Source: Leucoraja erinacea | Lineage: Eukaryota | DNA: 64,000 bases | Assembly: GCF_028641065.1 (NCBI RefSeq) | Contig: NC_073383.1 | Coordinates: 47,492,001-47,556,000, forward strand | Direction: 5' to 3' | In this document: positions 1 to 11,130 of the stretch, piece by piece | Position numbering within the stretch: the stretch's first letter is position 1 | Layout: each line of letters opens with the position of its first letter | Made by a program: the position numbers and the translations under genes | The notes under the pieces: model-generated | The model's database searches: none | The model's input: only the letters and a program-made list of their open reading frames with translations | Told to the model about the DNA's origin: nothing

Positions 1-399
1 AACAAACAACTTTTCTTTGAAATTAATTAAATCTCCATTTAAAAAAATGTAAAATTCTGTCATTACAGGATGCAAGCATCCCAATGGAGGTAGGGCAGGA
101 AGATGAAAACTATAATGGATTTAATAGAAAACAGTACTGTGTTCTAAAAGTTTCAACAACTGGTCCAGGAACCCTGAATTTGCAACATTAGACTGTACAT
201 TTTTTAACACTGCACTGATTCCTAAACTTCATTTTTCCAAGCATATTTAACAACAATAATTAACATTTTATCAGCTGGCAGGTACAGACATCAGCAAAGC
301 AAGCTGTGTTTGCAGCTATAGGTTTTATTCAGCAGGAATTTTCAGAAAAATGAGAATGAACAAGCCTCCCAAAACACTACATTCAGTAGCTGTTCATGC

Positions 400-980
400 A
401 GCAGTTGCCTGCATCCCAATTGTATTAACATTGAATTCTCCAGTCCCTGGTATCCTTCCCCACTCCTTTCTGATCTATCAGGTTCTCTCTCACACAGCTT
501 TCTTTCCACTTCACTTTCTCCCGCATCACCCAGTTCCTTTCCCCTACTCCATCTGATGATCACCCATCCCTATTGTCTTACAGGTGCACTATTTCTCCTC
601 CTGTCCCTCCCACAATTATTCTCCTCTACCCACCTTCCCTCCTTCTGGTTCTACATGCCACTCCTCGCACTTCCTTTCTTCTCAGATTCCACCATCTGCA
701 GTCCTTATCACTTCTAGCCTTTGTGACCATCTCCAGCCTCCACTCCTCCACCTGAGTCGCATACCTCCTTACCTGGATCCACCTATCACTTGCCAGCTCT
801 TTCTCCACTCCTTCCCCATATCTCTTTCTATCAGCTATCTCCCCTCTATTCCAGTCTTGAAGAAAGGTTCCGACCCGAAACAATGTCTGTCCATTTCCCC
901 CCACAGATGCTGCCTGCCCTGCTGAATTCCTCCAGCACTTTAGTTTTTGCTCAAGATTTCAGCATCTTGTGTCTCCTGTT
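400..980 (+). mobile_element. Degenerate Penelope-like element 3' end (ORF C-terminus, pyrimidine-rich tract, tail)
   Basis: Peptide SCLHPNCINIEFS resembles the end of Penelope-type ORFs (recalled consensus about LQPxGMNIEFS). It is followed by the tail family seen across the window, with a decayed hammerhead-like core at ~857-885. Confidence 0.6.
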
Positions 981-2107
981 TCTTTTGTTGTCTATGAAAT
1001 GATATTGATAAAGATAGCAACTATGCACAGAACTCCTATTTTAATTGTACAGGAATGCATAAGTCTCAGTCTTTTGCACAGCAAATTAATGTCGAATTGC
1101 AATTGTGCTCTGTTATTGGAGATTAGACCTGGTGCAAGTTCATTGATCATTTCAATGGAGAAGAAATGTTGCAAAGGAAACAGGTAAGATCGAATGGTAA
1201 TTTACACGTTTTTATTTGCATTAGTTTCTTGTGTTTTAAGTATTTCTTAAGGTTTTCAATTTAATAGTACCTTTGTTTTTTAATAGTTCACTCAAATTCA
1301 AGCTGTTTGACAACTGGTTTGGCCTTTGTCTCAAAGCTAGTCAACCAGCAAGAACCCAAGTGTGGGAAGAACAGGTTCAACAGGTGGATACCTGACAAGT
1401 GCAGGCAGTGGGTTGCTTTGTAGACATTTCTGTCTATTGTGTTAGGCTGCAACACCGTTGAATGTGTAACACAGTTAAACCATCCAACAATTCTGGTCTT
1501 CTATATAAAATGATCAGAGCTCAATGGAGTACTAACTTTACTTGCTAAACTATGGTTACTCAACTCAACTATCACTACTTGAGAGGCGTCACCAACCTAA
1601 TGCTTAAGGGGTAATACATTCTCTTTATAAAGAATGATCTGTATTAAAATAGTATTCATGAACTAGCATATAAATATTAACATGTAGCTCGGCAATATAT
1701 ATTCTGCTGTAGTGTACTGGAATAGAATAAGGACCACACTGGATTTTTAGCCTTGTGACATTGAGTGGAATCTAGGTCAGACCTCAGTGATTAAACCCAT
1801 CTAATTGTAGCAACTCTGAACATCCAAACAGAAAGAAACTTGTCTTTGTCTCATCAGTCTCCAGTGGGAATGAGTGAACAATATAACATTGCCATACTTT
1901 TAAGAAAAGCACTTTGGGTAGCCGATGAGATAAAAAAAACACAAAAATAAAATAAACTTCTGAATTTTGAAAGTGCATCCCAATTCCAAGCCTGCCTCTA
2001 TTTTAAACATATTGATGACTCCACTTGGTTTTCCTCTTTCTCTGTTCAACCCGTAAGTAATATAGGCAAATTTGTGAAAACAGTTCCTTGGTTTCCATCC
2101 CACTCAT

Positions 2108-2799
2108 TCCAGCATCTGCAGTTCCCTCTTAAACACTGTGTATACTCTACTGCGTTATCTCTTCAAGATATGCCCACCTTGAAGAAGTTCTCCTCTTCTC
2201 TCCGGAGACAGTTTCACAACCTCCTCTCTAACTGTCCCCCATCTGTGATCCCTCCTGCCCTCCAACTGTACGCTGTCTCCTCCCATCCCCCAGCCTTCTG
2301 GCTACTCCTCCTTTTCCCTTTCTTGTCCCCACCCACCCCCGCCCCCGATCAGTCTGAAGAAGGGTTTCGGCCCGAAACGTTGCCTATTTCCTTCGCTCCA
2401 TAGATGCTGCTGCACCCGCTGAGTTTCTCCAGCTTTTTTGTGTAACCTTCGATTCTCCAGCATCTGCAGTTCCCTCTTAAACACTGTGTATACTCTACTG
2501 CGTTATCTCTTCAAGATATGCCCACCTTGAAGAAGTTCTCCTCTTCTCTCCGGAGACAGTTTCACAACCTCCTCTCTAACTGTCCCCCATCTGTGATCCC
2601 TCCTGCCCTCCAACTGTACGCTCTCCTCCCATCCCCCAGCCTTCTGGCTACTCCTCCTTTTCCCTTTCTTGTCCCCCCCCACCCCCCCCCCGCCCCCGAT
2701 CAGTCTGAAGAAGGGTTTCGGCCCGAAACGTTGCCTATTTCCTTCGCTCCATAGATGCTGCTGCACCCGCTGAGTTTCTCCAGCTTTTTTGTGTAACCT
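2108..2799 (+). repeat. Tandem dimer (~348-351 bp unit) of a non-autonomous Penelope-derived element, each unit with a hammerhead-like core
   Basis: agcatctgcagttccctcttaaacac starts at 2111 and 2459. ctgaagaagggtttcggcccgaaacgtt starts at 2354 and 2705. The two units are nearly identical. Confidence 0.85.
2354..2381 (+). ncRNA. Putative minimal type-I hammerhead ribozyme core (further copies at 2705, 3923, 15506, 34720, 38356; decayed at ~857 and 54384)
   Basis: CUGANGA box, stem II (GGG...CCC), GAAA, short palindromic stem III (AACGTT/ACGT) and an NUH site (GUU or GUC). Minimal hammerheads are known in Penelope-like elements. Stem I pairing is weak by eye. Confidence 0.6.
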
Positions 2800-3921
2800 C
2801 CTTGCAAACATATCCTGACACACATTTCTGAATACAAACATTGCACCACAATGTGCATGTGAATGCAGGCAGCATTTTATTTTAAACTAGCAAACATTGT
2901 TTTCAAGCCAGACAACTGTTTGTGATTTCTACCCACTAAAAATAGAGTCTTATTGGAAGCAAATGTTTGTGGAATGCAATCATACAGTGGCTTACTTCTA
3001 ATTCACATCGACGACAAAGGGGAAAAGGAGATAGTGATCAGCAGAGAGAAGGAACTAGATAGAGGAAATTAAGGTAAGGAGACGGCTGTTTTAAAACAGA
3101 TTTCAGAGTTTAATAAAAACAAGCAAAATGAAAGAAGTTTGATGGTTTAAAAAAAAGCTGACAATCACAGTTATGACACTACTGAAACAAAAGAAAAGCA
3201 AATGCAATAAATAAACACAAAATTGATCAGTCCAAGAATGAGAGCAGAAATCTATCATGCTGAACAAGCTAAAATGCTCACATTCCCACATTACACTTCG
3301 CTTGAGTGAAATGAAGCTTAAATACCAGCTAATCTTGAAAATAAAATGCACCCCTTTTTTGCCATTAACAACTTTTGACATTTAAAATGCTTTATCAAGC
3401 TAATACAAATATGATTTAGAAAATACTTTTTTGAGAACTCTGATTCGGTGAATCACTCCGAAGCAAAAATCCCAAACTATATTCAGCTGGCATGATGTGA
3501 AATTGATATACAAGTACAGGTATTTAAATATTAGGAATAACTAAAATGGAAATAAACTATATATTTTATAAAAACTAACTATAAAATAACACCAATCTTT
3601 ATTTCTATCCTCACTTCCTAATCACATTAAATATTTTATAAATAATAACTTGAATTTGACCCCTGTTTAATCCTAAATATTTTCCCTTCAAATGCTTCCT
3701 CCTTCCTGGGGAAATGTCAATTTTGGAAGCAGCAACATTTTTGAAATAAACTACTTTTCCATCATTAAAAACATCTAAAAGATTGGAATTACAGCAACTG
3801 ATTTAGTAACAATGACAAAGTCAACCAGCATGGGTCCTTACAATTGTACATTGCTCACAGAGAATGGGTGCAAAGTGATAGAACGAGGCCAACATATAGA
3901 CAGGACAACACATATTTTGTG

Positions 3922-4014
3922 TCTGAAGAAAGGTTTCGATCCGAAACGTTGCCTATTTCCTTCGCTCCTTAGATGCTGCCTCACCCGCTGAGTTTCTCCA
4001 GCATTTTTGTCTAC
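3922..4014 (+). mobile_element. 93-bp Penelope-tail mini-element with a 13-bp TSD
   Basis: Flanked by cacatattttgtg at 3909-3921 and 4015-4027. Begins 1 nt before the CTGAAGA core. Confidence 0.8.
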
Positions 4015-4035
4015 CACATATTTTGTGCCCAATAT

Positions 4036-7000
4036 TCAAGAGAGTTTATTGTCATATGTCCCAGATAGGACAATGACATTCTTGCTTTGCTTCAGCACAA
4101 CATAATATAGTAGGCATGAATACAGAACAGATCAGTGTGTCCATATACCATTATATAAATATATATATACACATGAATAAATAAAACAGATTAAGTGCAA
4201 ATAAACAGATAATGGACTATTAATGTTCAGAGTTTTGTTTCAGTTGAGTTGAATAGCCTGATGGCTGTGGGGAAGAGCTATTCCTGACCCTGGACGTTGC
4301 AGTCCTCAAGCTCATGTACCTTCTACCTGAAGGTAACAGGGAGACGAGTGTGTGGCCAGGGTGGTATGGGTCCTTGATGATGCTGCCAGCCTTTTTGAGG
4401 CAGCGACTGTGATAGATCCCCTTGATGGTAGAGAGGTCAGAGCCGATGATGGACTGGGCAGTGTTTACTACTTTTTGTAGTCTTTTCCGCTCCTGGGCGC
4501 TCAAGTTGCCGAACCAAGCCACGATGCAACTGGTCAGCATGCTCTCTATGTGCACCTGTAGAAGTTAGAGAGAGTCCTCCTAGACCCTAGACATACCGAC
4601 TCTCCGTAATCGTCTCAGGAAGTAGAGGCGCTGATGTGCTTTCATTATAATTGCATCAGTGTTTTCGGACCAGGAGAGATCTTCAGAAATATGCACGCCC
4701 AGGAATTAGAAGCTCTTGACCCTCTCCACCATCGACCCGTTGATATAAACGGGACTGTGGGTCCCCATCCTACCCCTTCCAAAGTCCACAATCAGTTCCT
4801 TGGTTTTGCTGGTGTTGAGGGCCAGGTTATTGTGCTGGCACCATTTGGTCGATCGGTCGGTCGATCTATCTTCTATCCTCCGACTCATCCCCATCACTGA
4901 TACGTCCCACAACAGTGGTGTTGTCAGCGAACTTGATGATGAAGTTCGCACTATGACCGGCTACGTAGTCATGAGTATAGAGTACAGCAGGGGGCTGAGC
5001 ACGCAGTCTTGAGGTGCTCCCGTGCTGATTGTTATCGAGGCTGACACATTTCCACCAATACGAACAGTCTGTGGTCTGTGAATGAGAAAGTCGAGGATCC
5101 AATTGCAGAGGGATGCACAGAAACCCAGATCTGAGAGATAGGTAACCAGCTTGGAGAGGATGATTGTATTAAATGCCAAGCTTTATTCAATGAATAACAG
5201 CCTGACATATGAGTTTTTGTTATACAAGTGGTCCAGAGCGGAGCGGAGAGCCAACGAGATCGCATTCACCGTTGATCTGTTCTGGCGGTAAGTGAACTGC
5301 AGTGGGTCCAGGTTTTTGTCGAGGTAGGAGTTGATTTGCGCCATGATCAACCTCTCAAAGCACATCATCATCACCGACGTTAGTGCCACTGGTCGATAGT
5401 CGTTGAGGCACGTCACCTTGTTCTTCTTGGGCACCGGTATAATTGATGCCCTTTTAAAGCAGGTGGGAACCTCAGACCTCAGAAGTGAGAGGTTGAAAAT
5501 GTCCGTAAAAACTCCAGCCAGTTGGTCCGCACAGGTTTTTAGAACACGACCGGGTATACCATCAGGTCCAGGCGCTTTTCGTGGGTTCACCCCTCTGAAG
5601 GATTTTTTGACGTCGGCCTCTGTGACTGAGACTGAAATACCATCAGAGCGAATGAGGGCTCGGGAAGGCACATCAATAGGGAAGGCACCCTATCAAACCG
5701 TGCGTAAAACGCATTGAGCTCGTCAGGGAGTGATGTTTCGCCGACATTCGAGCTGCCTCCTGATTTTGCCTTATAGGAAATGATTGCATTCAGGCCCCGC
5801 CACAGCTGCCGAACATCTGTCTCATCATCCAGATTGGAGCAGAAGTCCCTTTTGGCCTTTTTGATGGCCTTACCGAGGTCGTATCTGGACTTCTTGTAGA
5901 CCACTATATCATCAGACATGAATGCCCGGTGTCTGGTCTTCAGAAGAGTGCGGATCTCAGAGTTAATCCAAGGCTTCTGATTGGGAAACACTCGGATGGT
6001 TTTTGTAGGGATGCAGTCCTCCACACATATCTTTATGAAGTCTGTAACGACTGTGGCATATTCGTTCAGGTCCGTTGCCGAGTCCCTGAAAATTGCCCAG
6101 TCTACAGACTCCAAACAGTCCTGCAGTTGTTCCTCTGCACCCCCCTCGACCAGCTCTTTACAGTCCTCACTCACCTCTGGGGGTGTGCTCTTCAATTGCT
6201 GCCTGTAGGCAGGAAGCAGCAGCACCGCTGTATGGTCGGATTTACCGAAGTGAGGGCGAGGGATAGAGCGATAGGCATCCTTGATGGTGGTGTAGCAGTG
6301 GTCGAGGGTGTTTGATCCTATGGTGCAGCAGGAGACATGTTGGTGGAAGTTAGGGAGCGATTTCTTGAGGTTTGCTTTATTGAAGTCCCCGGCTATGATG
6401 GTAAATGCCTCGGGGTGTTTATTGACCACGGCGTGCAGCTCCTCCAGTGCCAGGCGGACATCTGCCTGGGGTGGGATGTAGACCGCAGTCAGGATTATGG
6501 AGGTGAATTCCCTTGGAAGGTAGAAGAGGCAGCACTTCACCGCCAGATGTTCGAGGTGTGGAGAGCAGGAGTTGGACAGGACTGCCACATCTGAGCACCA
6601 CGCAGAGTTGACCATGAGGCAGACGCCCCCTCCTCTCCCTTTCCCAGATGCCTGTGTACGGTCCATACGGTGGATGGAGAACCCTTCAGGCTAGATCACT
6701 GAGTCTGGGGGGCTGGGGGTGAGCCATGTCTCTGTGAAACAGAACACAGAGCATTCCCTCAGCTCCCTTTGATAAAGCAGCCATGCCCTTAAGTCCTCCA
6801 CTTTATTTTCTAGTGACTGTACGTTGGCCAGCAGGATAGTAGGGAGAGGGGGCCGAAGTCCCCTCCGCTTCAGTCTGACCTGGAGCCCTGCCCGACGGCC
6901 ACGTTTCCTTACTGCATGGAGCCCTCCTCGCTCTTTACAGGTACAGTACTTACGGGTCTCCGCGAGGTCGGGGAATCCCGAGATCGCGAATTCCCATACA

Positions 7001-7335
7001 GTCGGCACCTCCAGCTCCGTTGCTGCTGGGGGATCCTGCCCGACGGCTTCAATTCCGGACTCCCTGAAGGCCTCCCGGATGTTTGCAGGTAAGGTTCTTG
7101 CTGTGCCTGCGCTCCTCTGCGAGGTTGGGGAATCCCCTCTGACCGGGGATTTCCTTACCGGCGCTAACATCGGGAGTTCTCACTAGCGCTAATGCATTTA
7201 AATGCATTAGCAGCTCGCTACTTACGGCGTTGATTCTAGTGGATTTCCTGATGCAGGTGAATTCATAAATGCTGCATCTTACTGTTTATCTTTGTGCTGT
7301 TCGCAAATTGTCCCCGCAGGTATGCGCCATCTTAT
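4036..7335 (-). mobile_element. Near full-length Rex1/Babar-type LINE (APE endonuclease plus RT), disrupted by stops and frameshifts
   Basis: ORF pieces 6691-7170 (ILLANVQSLENK, CFTETWL), 5587-6666 (VYIPP, AGDFN, SDH), 5183-5671 (KAPGPDG, DYRPVAL), 4961-5179 ([10 protein letters not shown]), KFADNTT, and C-terminus 4220-4555. 3' tail gacaataaactctcttga; 5' aagatggcg motif at 7325-7333. Confidence 0.9.
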
Positions 7336-7512
7336 ATCTTTTTATAACAACCTCTGCCTCAAATGAAATAGTAGAAGAGTCCATCAAGGGGCGTTTATTT
7401 ATTGAAACAGCTTATGTATGGGTTAAAATAATCATGTGTTGACAAAGCCAATAAATTCAGCACATGGAATTTAAGAAAATGACTGAGGGTTTGCGTCCTA
7501 CAGTGTATTTAT

Positions 7513-7828
7513 AGGGCGGCACAGTCTTATAGCGCCTGAGACCCTGACATGCCTTATAGCACCTGAGACCCCGGATAGACCCTGACCACGGGTGCTGTCT
7601 GTACGGAGTTTGCTCGTTCTCCCTGTGATCATGTGGGGTTTCTCTGGTTTCTCCAGTTTTCTCCCACACTCCAAAGACATACAGATAGGTAGGTTAATTG
7701 ACTTTGGTAAGCTTATAAAATTGTCACTAGTGTGTAGGATAGTGCTAGTGTACAGGTCGATCGTTGTTCGGCGCAGACTCGGTGGGCTGAAGGGCCTGTT
7801 TCCGCAATGTATCTCTAAAGTAAAGTAA
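7513..7828 (+). mobile_element. tRNA-derived V-SINE (HE1-like) with CR1-type tail
   Basis: 5' gggcggcacagt, V-domain-like gtacggagtttgc...ctcccacactccaaagac, 3' gggctgaagggcctgtttcc...(taaag)n. A decayed minus-strand copy lies at ~40250-40432. Confidence 0.75.
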
Positions 7829-8559
7829 CATTTGGCTGTGTCATTCCAGAATCAAAGACATCTTTACTGATATGTTGCCAACCCTGCAGCCAGATCAATC
7901 TTTATTTCCCATTGGTTTTTGGTTGATTAAGAAGTCAATTTGTTTTAGAAAATCAATAAAACTATCTTTTTCATTTGATCTATTACGAAAATGGAAGAAG
8001 TGTTCTTAACTTTTTAAAGAAATAAGAACGCAAAATCAAAGTTGAAATAGTAAGAGCATGATCCAGTAAGAAAATTATAATGAAAAGAAAAATGGGAAAG
8101 TAATATTTAGAATCTAAATTTAAAAATCTAAAACATTTTCAAATAAATTATGAGCTCTAACATATAAGCATTATTTTCAATAATATTTGCATATATTTCA
8201 ACTGAAACTTGCCCATAGCCTGAGAGAGTTAGGTTCTGGATTTACTGGCATGTTAAAGAACAAGGATTAAATTCCAGCTGAATTACATTTAAAATAAATA
8301 CAGACAATACAACATGCATAAAATGTACCCCCATTTTCTGTAAGTAACTCTAACTTTAAAACAAAACAGGGGAAGTATAAAATTTATTAAATATAAAAAT
8401 ATTGTTAATCCCTGTAAACTCACTGTAAAAGAAAGATAAAGTGCTTGGAATTCATCACTTATTTCAGTGCATACTAAGCTAACATCATTCCCATGGATAG
8501 AAACAATAGCTATTTCTGGAACGACATCAAAACGTAAAGAGGACTGAACTATACATTAC

Positions 8560-8680
8560 CTAGTAGCTTCTTACTGTCTAGCTTCTGTCTGTTCAATGGA
8601 TTAGTGCCATACAATAATGCGTGCTGCTCCGAATGAACAGTTTGCAGTTCCTCCAACGATGCTTTTCTTCCTCTGATGCA
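8560..8680 (-). CDS. HDAC4: HDAC4 exon (121 nt, phase 0-1): [40 protein letters not shown](G)
   Basis: Not in the ORF track; translated manually. Continues the previous exon in frame and matches HDAC4 [41 protein letters not shown]. Acceptor tttctgcag| and donor |gtaatg. Confidence 0.96.
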
Positions 8681-9020
8681 CTGCAGAAATAAAGACAAAT
8701 GTAAGTACGTCTATATCATACAAATTAACAAAACATCCTCAAAGATTATTTCACGAGATTTTCAGTGATATTTCTAACAATGCAATCTATCATCCTGTAA
8801 CTACTGTCAATATTATCTATGGAGTGAAAGAGTTCAGAGATATATTGAGAGGAAAGATAATAAAAGAAAAAAGTGAATCAAAAGAATATGCAACTATCGT
8901 GAGCAAACATACCATTAGATTAAGTGGTTTCAAATTTGTCATACTATAAAGCAATAGCTTGATTTGTTGACAAATGTCATTATTATTTTGATAGAAGTGC
9001 ATAACCAAGAATGTCATCTC

Positions 9021-9190
9021 GGGCAAAACTGTAGATGCTGGAATCTAGAGCAAAAAACAGTGCTGAAGGAAATAAGTGGGTCAGGCAGCATCTATAGGTA
9101 AGGGTCTGGTGGCTTGGCATTTTGCTGGTTGTCTGTACAATCAGGCACAGATGCTGTCCTACCCACTGAGTTCCTCCAGCACTTTGTTTC
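9021..9190. mobile_element. Fold-back (two inverted halves) Penelope-tail insertion with an 11-bp TSD
   Basis: aatgtcatctc at 9010-9020 and 9191-9201. Inverted tail halves (tcaggcagcatct... / ...agatgctgtcctacccactgag). Confidence 0.65.
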
Positions 9191-10001
9191 AATGTCATCT
9201 CAGATATTACTTTTAAACACCAGACTTCTTATTTACAAACAAATGAAAATCACAAATTTAAAGTACTTTTTAAATAGAGTAAATTCATTGTAGGAATTCA
9301 AGAGCAGAAATAGAGGCCCATAGAGAAAAACAAATCAATGTTGGTAGAAGTGTTATTTTGTCATTCACAATCCTGCTGCCCCCTACTGTTTCAATATTCC
9401 CTGCAGGCTGTGAAACAAATGTCTTTGTTAACAGCAGGGGGTTTACTTGGTTCTGCTTAAATATAAAACAATACTTGTTTGGGACATAATGGATAAATAA
9501 GTGATTACTAAATACCTTTGTCATCATATGTCATGGCATATAAAATTCTTAAAACTCCTAATTGCATAAACTAGCATAAATAATTTTATTAAAGCTGTTC
9601 ACTTACTGCATACCCCAAACAAATTTAATGTTGGTGGTTTGTGTTATGTTAAGTTTTGAAAATTACATGAACTAATTAATCCACAATCTGCATGACTAGG
9701 TCTTTCCATCAGCAAGACATACGCTTGGTTTTCAGTGATACAATTTGGCTGGGATTCCACTTTAATATTCAATTGACAAAAATTTAAATGCAAACCTCAG
9801 TAATTTTTAGTAAATTAGCTTACGATAAACATCATTGAAGTTTATCTTTATATAGTGCACCTACAAATATTTTACTGCAACAGTATAATTCTAACAAATC
9901 ATAATCTAGTTGCCCAAAAAGGATTCTGCTTGGATAATTCTCCTAGCCGAAATGTCACCCATTCCTTCTCTCCAGAAATGCTGCCTATCCCGCTGAGTTA
10001 A

Positions 10002-10975
10002 GGGCCTGTCCCACTTAGGCAACTTTTTTAGGCGAGTGGATGAGACTCTAAGCTCGCCACATGTTCACAGGTGGTCTCTGGTGAGTCTCCTTCATGGTCG
10101 CGAGTAGTTCCCACATTCTGGGAACTAGGTCGCCGCAAATTTTTCAATATGTTGAAAATTTTTCTGGGCCCAAAAATCGATAATCCTGTAGTCGTAGGTG
10201 CAGTTGTAGTGGGGTCGCCATGTAGTTATGGGTAGTCGAGGTAGTTGTAGGTAGTTTTAGTTAATCACCTTTGCTGAAAAATTCATTTTTATTGGCTCAT
10301 TAGGGAAAAAAAACGTAAGCACGAGTTTTCAGAACCAAGGATAACCGACCAGTAATGTTAAATGCCCGCCAATCTTCACAGCCGTGTCTTAAAAGTGTCT
10401 CCATTCCTTGTCCCTCATTCTCCCCCCCCCCTTTAAAGGACTTACCATACAAGAGTCAAGAGTCAATTTAATTGTCATTTGGACCCCTGGAGGTCCAAAC
10501 GAAATGCCGTTTCTGCAGCCGTACATTACACACAAATAGACCCCAGACACAACATAATTACATTTAACATAAACATCCATCACATAGCTGTGATGGAAGG
10601 CCAAATAAACTTCTCTCTCCACTGCACTCTCCCCCCCCCCCCCCCCCCCCGATGTCAGAGTCAAAGTCATAGCCCCCGGCTGGCGATGGCAATTGTCCCG
10701 CGGCCATTAAAGCCACGCCGGGTGGTGCGAGGTCGCACACCGGGTCTTGATGTTGGAGCCCCCGGTGTGCGCTCGCAGAGTCCGCGGCCATTCCAGCCGC
10801 GCGGGGCAGTGGTGTCAGGCCCCGCTCCAGGAGCTCTTTGACCCCGCAACTCGGGCGGGAGAAGTCGCCGCCGCAGAAGCCCCGAAAAGCGGTCTCCCCC
10901 CAGGGAGCCGTGGGCTCCCGGCGCCGTCGTGTTACACTGTGCTAGCCGCCTGTTCATCGCGGTGTGTGTCTGTAT
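10002..10975 (+). mobile_element. Non-autonomous DNA transposon fragment (PIF/Harbinger-like terminus gggcctgtcccact), interrupted by a GC-rich retroposed insert
   Basis: The terminus follows ttaa and is shared with 37483-37765 and 36190-36723. The insert at ~10451-10930 has a (aagagtc)n/ttgtcattt LINE-like tail in minus orientation. Confidence 0.55.
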
Positions 10976-10979
10976 GACC

Positions 10980-11130
10980 TTTTTTTTTTTTAATCTTATT
11001 TATATAGCACATTTTTAGTCAACTTGCATTGACCCCAAAGTGCTTCACATAATTACATTACATTTACACACAGGCAAAGGTGGGTGAAGTGTCTTGCCAC
11101 AAGGACACAACAACAGTATGCACTCCACTC
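10980..11130 (-). mobile_element. SINE fragment with an L2-type 3' tail and poly-A
   Basis: Reverse strand reads ...tgtgaagcactttgg...aaatgtgctatataaataag-(A)n. Internal gtgaagtgtcttgcc.caaggacacaac motif typical of fish SINEs. Confidence 0.5.

Noticed and set aside
7513-7600. tRNA gene
   Set aside because: It is a rearranged tRNA-derived SINE head with an internal duplication and no cloverleaf.
1-8559. Next HDAC4 exons (SLASVFVRLPCGGVG / VDSDTIWNE...)
   Set aside because: Searched by eye on the minus strand without a convincing match. They are probably beyond the window edge, though a short exon could have been missed.
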